From the NCBI GenBank assembly GCA_046758505.1, contig JBHIAH010000041.1, positions 1 through 22,250 of the forward strand: DNA of 22,250 nucleotides, given 5' to 3'. Of the stretch, positions 17,595-22,250 are shown one piece after another. A program made the translations under genes and the position numbers. This DNA is from Candidatus Methylomirabilales bacterium. GTDB taxonomy: Bacteria > Methylomirabilota > Methylomirabilia > Methylomirabilales > CSP1-5. The notes below the pieces were generated by a model. That model made no database searches, was not told the origin of the DNA, and was given only the letters and a program-made list of their open reading frames with translations. Position 1 is the first letter of the stretch, and each line of letters opens with the position of its first letter.

Positions 17595-17726
17595 TACCGT
17601 TCCAACTTGTTGCGCCGAATACGGGCAAGGCCGGTTCCGACGAAGGAACGGGCCAAGGAAGCCAGCTGGCTTGCACTTGGCACCACACACCTCTATGCTT
17701 GGCGAGAGCAGTTGGAACGGCACTAA
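17591..17726. mobile_element. MITE/REP-like element (~128 bp) between ktrB and ktrA
   Basis: CTAG|TACCGTTCCAACT (17595-17607) ... AGTTGGAACGGCA (17710-17722)|CTAA: 12/13 inverted repeat, located at the ktrB stop codon and immediately before the ktrA RBS. Confidence 0.6.
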
Positions 17727-17735
17727 GGAGCAGGG

Positions 17736-18410
17736 ATGAGTCAGTCGCAGTTTGCCGTGATCGGCCTGGGGAACTTCGGGTACGCGGTGGCCAGGACCTT
17801 GGCGGAAAAGGGACGCCAGGTCCTCTGTATCGACCGGTGGGAGGAGCGGTTGGAACGGGTCCGCGAGATCGCGACCCATGCGGTCCAGGCGGATGCAACC
17901 GATGAGAAGGCCCTGCGGGAGGTGGGGGTGGCCGAGGTGGATTGCGCGGTGGTGAGCCTGGGCCAAGCCATGGAGGCGAGCCTGTTGGCCGCCATGGCAC
18001 TGCGCGAGATCGGGGTGAAGGAGCTGGTGGTCAAGGCGGTGAGCCCCCTCCATGGCCGCATCCTGAAAAAGCTGGGGGTCGACCGGGTGGTCTTTCCGGA
18101 GGCGGATATGGGCCGGCGGGTGGCGGAGAGCCTGGTCACCCCGTCGATCCTGGACTATCTGGAGCTGGGGGAGGGATTTGGGGTGGCCGAGGTCGGCGCG
18201 CCACAGACATTCTGGGGCAAGAGCTTGGCTGAGCTTGAGCTGCGGAGGCAGTATGGCGTCACGATCCTCGCCATCCGCCGGGCCTCCAAGGGCGAGCAGC
18301 CGAACATCGTGGCGAACCCCTCGGGGGCAGACGTCATTCGGGAGGGGGACATCCTCGTAATTATCGGGGAGAACGAGAAGCTGGAGCAACTCAGTGCGGC
18401 AGGGGAGTGA
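17736..18410 (+). CDS. ktrA: Ktr/Trk regulatory RCK subunit (KtrA/TrkA)
   Basis: FAVIGLGNFG Rossmann motif, VQADATDE, VDRVVFPEADMG, TrkA_C GKSLAELELRRQYGVTILAIRR...GDILVIIG; AAGGAG RBS. Confidence 0.92.
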   Translation: MSQSQFAVIGLGNFGYAVARTLAEKGRQVLCIDRWEERLERVREIATHAVQADATDEKALREVGVAEVDCAVVSLGQAMEASLLAAMALREIGVKELVVKAVSPLHGRILKKLGVDRVVFPEADMGRRVAESLVTPSILDYLELGEGFGVAEVGAPQTFWGKSLAELELRRQYGVTILAIRRASKGEQPNIVANPSGADVIREGDILVIIGENEKLEQLSAAGE

Positions 18411-19135
18411 TGGGGGGGAAAGCTTACGTCGGAACGTCGGGCTGGAGCTATCCCCACTGGCGGGGTGTCTTTTATCCGAAGACGTTGCCGGGGGAGGCGT
18501 GGCTCGATCATTATGCGACTGTCTTCGAGACGGTGGAGATCAACAACACCTTCTACCACCTGCCGGAGGCGACCACGTTTCGCCAGTGGTATCGTGAACC
18601 GCCCAAGGGTTTCGTCTTCGCGGTGAAGGGGAGCCGGTACATTACGCACATGAAGAAACTGCATGAGCCCCGGGCGGCCCTGCGGCGGTTCCTCCGCCGC
18701 GTTGCGATCCTGAAGGAGAAGCTGGGGCCGGTCCTCTTCCAACTCCCGCCGCGTTTCAGGCGCAATGCAGAGCGCCTGGCCGCCTTCGCCGATTGCTTGC
18801 CGCCGAGGCACCGGTACGCCTTTGAGTTTCGGGATGCCACCTGGTTTGCGCCGGAGGTCTATGCCGTCCTAGAAAGACGCCGACTTGCCTTCTGCGTGTT
18901 CAGCCTGAAAGACCTTTCCTGCCCAGCAGTGATTACCGCTCCCTTTGTCTATCTTCGCTTGCACGGGCCGGGCGCCCGGTACGGTGGAAAGTATTCCGAG
19001 GGAGAACTCAAGGCGTGGGCCGGACGGATCCGGGAGTGGCTCGGGGACGGCCTCGACGTGTACAGTTACTTCAACAACGACGAGCGGGGGTACGCGGTGG
19101 CGAACGCGAGGCGCCTTCGCGAGCTGGTTGAGTGA
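18410..19135 (+). CDS. DUF72 family protein (TIM-barrel)
   Basis: VGTSGWSYPHW, TVEINNTFY, FAVKGSRYITH, LGPVLFQLPP, FEFRDATWF, YLRLHG, YFNND; TGATG overlap with ktrA. Confidence 0.92.
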   Translation: MGGKAYVGTSGWSYPHWRGVFYPKTLPGEAWLDHYATVFETVEINNTFYHLPEATTFRQWYREPPKGFVFAVKGSRYITHMKKLHEPRAALRRFLRRVAILKEKLGPVLFQLPPRFRRNAERLAAFADCLPPRHRYAFEFRDATWFAPEVYAVLERRRLAFCVFSLKDLSCPAVITAPFVYLRLHGPGARYGGKYSEGELKAWAGRIREWLGDGLDVYSYFNNDERGYAVANARRLRELVE

Positions 19136-19216
19136 TGTCCCGCCGCGGTGGTCCGGCGGGGAGGTCCCACGATCAGCCCCGAGTGCCGGCACGTCGCTCC
19201 TGGTGGTGAGGCAGGG

Positions 19217-21583
19217 ATGCCCGAAAAGAGCCTCCTGAAGGCAAAGCGGGATATTCGGAAGCGGCGGGTCGGCTCGGCCGAGGGACACCTGCGGCAAGCC
19301 GTGGACGCGCTGCGAGCGGTGCCGGCAGACACCGCAATGCGGCACCGTGAGGAGTGCGTGAACGTGACGTGTGAGCTCGCCCGGGTCGAGGCGCGTGCGG
19401 GACACGTGGCGGAGGCGGAACGGCTTCTCGGCTTTGCCCTGGAGACTGCCGGGGACGGCTGCGCGGTGGCGAGCGGTCTTCAGGTGCGCTGGCTGCGCGC
19501 GCTCCTTTTTGCCCATTGCTGCCGCTTTTCGGACGCCCGTGCGGAGTGTGCGCGGGCCCAGGCCATGGTCCGGGACCCGGGGGTCGAGGCCGTCTGGGGT
19601 CCGGAGCTGCAGGCCACGGTCGGGCTGATCGAGCGAATCGAGGGGGATCGCGTGGCTCGGGTGAAGGTCCCACCGATTTACGTGGATTCTTTGAGCTGGG
19701 AGAGCCGGTTTCTCCACAATGACCTTCACCTCGCCAGGGTCCTGGCGGATGCGGCGGCGGTCGTCTCGGACCTTCGCGTGCGGGATCGCGGTCCCTTCGC
19801 CTGGGAGGTTGAGCTCTGCGTGCGGTTCGAGGCGCCGGCACGCCTGACCGAACTCACTCAGGGTGAGGAATGGAAGCGAGCACAGCTGAAACTCACAGGG
19901 CAAAATCCGGCGGAATTTCCTGGGCTGATCCTGGGTCTTCAGCCGGAGGAGGAGGTTTTGGGGGTCGAGGCGCGCGGAGCCCGAGGGGACCTCATCCCCG
20001 CCTCGGCAGATGCCCGCCCGTGGACCATCTTTCTCCCCGACTCCTACCCGCGCCTCGGCGAGACGCCTCTTGACCACCTCACCGGTGAGACCCGGGGGGA
20101 TGTCCTGCCGCTCTGCAAGCGGTACCGGTATCTGCTGGGGAAGGGGGTGGTGGTTTCGTGGGCCGCAGTCGCCGGGATGACATATCGGCTCAGGGTAGTC
20201 ATCGAGGGCTATCCGAGGGACGGCGAGCTGGCGGGGAAACGAGAACGGGAAAGGCGCCTGTCGCTCTTCGTGCCTGGGGGAAGGGTCCATGTCGGCCGCG
20301 CGCAGATCTCCCCTGCGGATCTCGACGGAGAGGGACCACGCCTGGAGGCATGGGGCCCGTTCGTGGGGCAGGATATCCGGGAGGCGGACGAGGAGATCCT
20401 GCATCAGCTGCTTCGCGCCTCTACGCCCAGCCTCCAGGTTTCTGCGGAGGCCGGGCCGCCGCGGCAGCCGCTTGCAGGGGGACGCCTGCTCCGAGAGGGG
20501 AGGCTCACGCAGCCCGTGGCGCTCGAGGACTTTTCGCTTTTGGTGCTCTCATGGGCGTGGCAACCTTCCGATCCCGTGGCGGTGGCGGTGCGGCCGCTCC
20601 GGTCATCGCTCCCGGTGGCGGTCTACCCGCACCTCCGGGTGCTTGAAGGTTGGAAGGGGTTCGGCGTGCTCGTCTACCAGCTGGCGAATTTCGGGAAGGA
20701 GGCTGAGCGGCTTCGGGTGCGCACGGACTTGCTCGGCTGGTCTCATCCCCAGGTCGAAGAGGTCACCCTGCCACCGGGGAGCATACGCCAGATCCGCCAC
20801 GCCCCCGAGCTCTTGCCCGGTCCGAAAGACGCCGCCGTCGCGGCAGTGCGGTGGGAAGTGGTCCGCGTCCGCGACGGAGTCCTCCTCGAGTCCGGCAGCG
20901 CCCCGATATACTTCGTGGGCCGGTCCCAGCTGCCGCGCGTCCTGATGAGCCCGGAGGACGGCAGGCGGCGGGATCTCAGTCCCTTTGTGGCGGCGTACGT
21001 CATCCCGGGCGATCCGGCAGTTCAGGCGGCGGTGGCCGAGGCGGCGGAATATCTCCCGGGCGATCCTCCCATGCGGATGTCAGGGTATCCCCCGGCGGGG
21101 ACCGCGGAGGAGCCGAGTCAGGCCACCCACGCCCAGGTGGAGGCACTCTTTCGATACTTCAAAGAGGCGCGAGGGCTCCGGTGTACCGGCGAGGAGATCG
21201 TGTGGGGGACGGGGAAGGGATGGGAGGAACAATCCCTCCGATTGCCGCGGGAGACGCTGGAGGCGGGCGAAGGCCATTGCCTCGATGTGAGCCTCCTGAT
21301 GGCCAGTTGTTGTGAGTGCCTGGGTCTTCGTCCCTGGATCTGCCTGACCCGCGGGCACGCCTTCGTGGGGTTTGAGCCGCATGAGGATCGGGATGATGTG
21401 GCCTTCCTGGAGACGGCCTTCCTCGACGCCGGGGTGCCCGGTGGCTACCGGGAGGCCCTGGAGGAGGGGCACCGGTTGTTTCAGTCCGAGTTCGATCGGG
21501 GCGTTCCCGGTCGGAGATGGTGCCGGGGAATCTCGCTCATCGAGGCGCGAAGCCGATGGCAGATCGCCCCGTGGGAGGGGTAA
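19217..21583 (+). CDS. Large hypothetical protein: helical N-terminus, beta-rich middle, C-terminal transglutaminase-like domain
   Basis: Long open frame, ATG 19217 after GAGG (GTG 19148 is an alternative). C-terminus QSLRLPRETLEAGEGHCLDVSLLMASCCECLGLRP...GHAFVG...FLET resembles papain-fold transglutaminase-like domains. Confidence 0.6.
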   Translation: MPEKSLLKAKRDIRKRRVGSAEGHLRQAVDALRAVPADTAMRHREECVNVTCELARVEARAGHVAEAERLLGFALETAGDGCAVASGLQVRWLRALLFAHCCRFSDARAECARAQAMVRDPGVEAVWGPELQATVGLIERIEGDRVARVKVPPIYVDSLSWESRFLHNDLHLARVLADAAAVVSDLRVRDRGPFAWEVELCVRFEAPARLTELTQGEEWKRAQLKLTGQNPAEFPGLILGLQPEEEVLGVEARGARGDLIPASADARPWTIFLPDSYPRLGETPLDHLTGETRGDVLPLCKRYRYLLGKGVVVSWAAVAGMTYRLRVVIEGYPRDGELAGKRERERRLSLFVPGGRVHVGRAQISPADLDGEGPRLEAWGPFVGQDIREADEEILHQLLRASTPSLQVSAEAGPPRQPLAGGRLLREGRLTQPVALEDFSLLVLSWAWQPSDPVAVAVRPLRSSLPVAVYPHLRVLEGWKGFGVLVYQLANFGKEAERLRVRTDLLGWSHPQVEEVTLPPGSIRQIRHAPELLPGPKDAAVAAVRWEVVRVRDGVLLESGSAPIYFVGRSQLPRVLMSPEDGRRRDLSPFVAAYVIPGDPAVQAAVAEAAEYLPGDPPMRMSGYPPAGTAEEPSQATHAQVEALFRYFKEARGLRCTGEEIVWGTGKGWEEQSLRLPRETLEAGEGHCLDVSLLMASCCECLGLRPWICLTRGHAFVGFEPHEDRDDVAFLETAFLDAGVPGGYREALEEGHRLFQSEFDRGVPGRRWCRGISLIEARSRWQIAPWEG

Positions 21584-21590
21584 GACGTCG

Positions 21591-22169
21591 ATGGGAAGGC
21601 GGTCGAAGCGGGAGCGGAAGCACGAGGCAAAGGCACGCAGGGTCGAGGAGCGGCAGCGGAAGGAGAGGCGTCGGACAGTCACCCGGGTCTCCCTGGTCGC
21701 TCTCGTGGTTCTCGCTCTTGGATACCTCGGCTACCGGGTCTACGGCAGGATCGCTGAGCCGGTCACCTGGCAGGAACTTCCGAGTCTCGGGAATGCCCAC
21801 GTTTCCACCCCCTCGACGCCTCACCTCCCCTATAACAGCGACCCGCCCACCTCGGGCCCGCATACCCCATACCTTGCGAAGTGGGGAATTCATACCGGGC
21901 CGGTCCCCAAAGAGGAGCAGGTCCATAACCTGGAGGACGGCGGGGTGATCCTTCAGTATAACTGTCCGGACGGCTGCCCCGACCTGCTGGAAAAACTGAA
22001 AGCGATTGCGCGACGGTACGACACGCTGATTCTGGCCCCCTACCCCGGCATGGATCATCGGATCGCGCTGACCGCCTGGCAGCGCCTCGATAAGTTCGAC
22101 ACGTTCGACGAGCAGCGGATCGTCCGCTTCATCGACGCGCACATCGGGATCGACCACCACCGGCGTTAA
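21591..22169 (+). CDS. DUF3105 family membrane-anchored protein
   Basis: GGAGGG RBS then ATG 21591; basic N-terminus plus one TM helix; GNAHV, YNSDPPTSGPH, VHNLEDGGVILQY, IALTAW motifs. Confidence 0.85.
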   Translation: MGRRSKRERKHEAKARRVEERQRKERRRTVTRVSLVALVVLALGYLGYRVYGRIAEPVTWQELPSLGNAHVSTPSTPHLPYNSDPPTSGPHTPYLAKWGIHTGPVPKEEQVHNLEDGGVILQYNCPDGCPDLLEKLKAIARRYDTLILAPYPGMDHRIALTAWQRLDKFDTFDEQRIVRFIDAHIGIDHHRR

Positions 22170-22250
22170 GGCCTCGGGGGTCAGCGGAGCCCTCAGGGGT
22201 CACCTATGAAAAACCACGTCAAGGGAAAAGACTGCCCCTCGTCGGCCTGG

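Noticed and set aside
15933..18389. 818-aa minus-strand ORF (also 4434-5720 and 18869-20404)
   Set aside because: Antisense to well-supported genes (ktrBA, phoBR, DUF72 and the large hypothetical); typical high-GC artefacts.
9530..19135. Genome-wide TGA reassignment (code 4/25)
   Set aside because: TGA ends pstC, phoU, ynfA, merB, ktrA and DUF72 at expected positions, and Trp is encoded by TGG.
22206..22250. Possible start of a further CDS (ATG AAA AAC CAC...)
   Set aside because: Only 15 codons are visible and the RBS is weak, so it cannot be supported.

Overview
GC-rich bacterial genomic window. From left to right: (1) a >1410-aa membrane multi-sensor histidine kinase on the minus strand (TM region, 4 PAS, 4 GAF, running off the left edge just before its H-box; missing from the ORF track), preceded by a near-perfect sigma54 promoter; (2) a phosphate locus phoB-phoR-pstSCAB followed by a PhoU-DUF47 fusion, ynfA and arsC; (3) a convergent minus-strand mercury-type operon: ArsR/CmtR-type regulator, merB-like lyase, glutaredoxin, zinc-ribbon protein, merF, DCC/DUF393 oxidoreductase; (4) ktrB-ktrA potassium uptake, DUF72, a large transglutaminase-like protein and DUF3105. 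The main discovery is in (3). Three genes are missed by the ORF track because they contain five in-frame TGA codons, each at a position where the family has a conserved Cys (Grx UxxC, zinc ribbon CxxU twice, DCC UxxU), and each followed by a SECIS-like hairpin. This points to a selenoprotein-rich organomercury/metal detoxification operon with no merA in the window. Two MITE-like elements sit at GGC-TAG stop codons, and a heptamer-repeat palindrome is inserted in frame in phoR.
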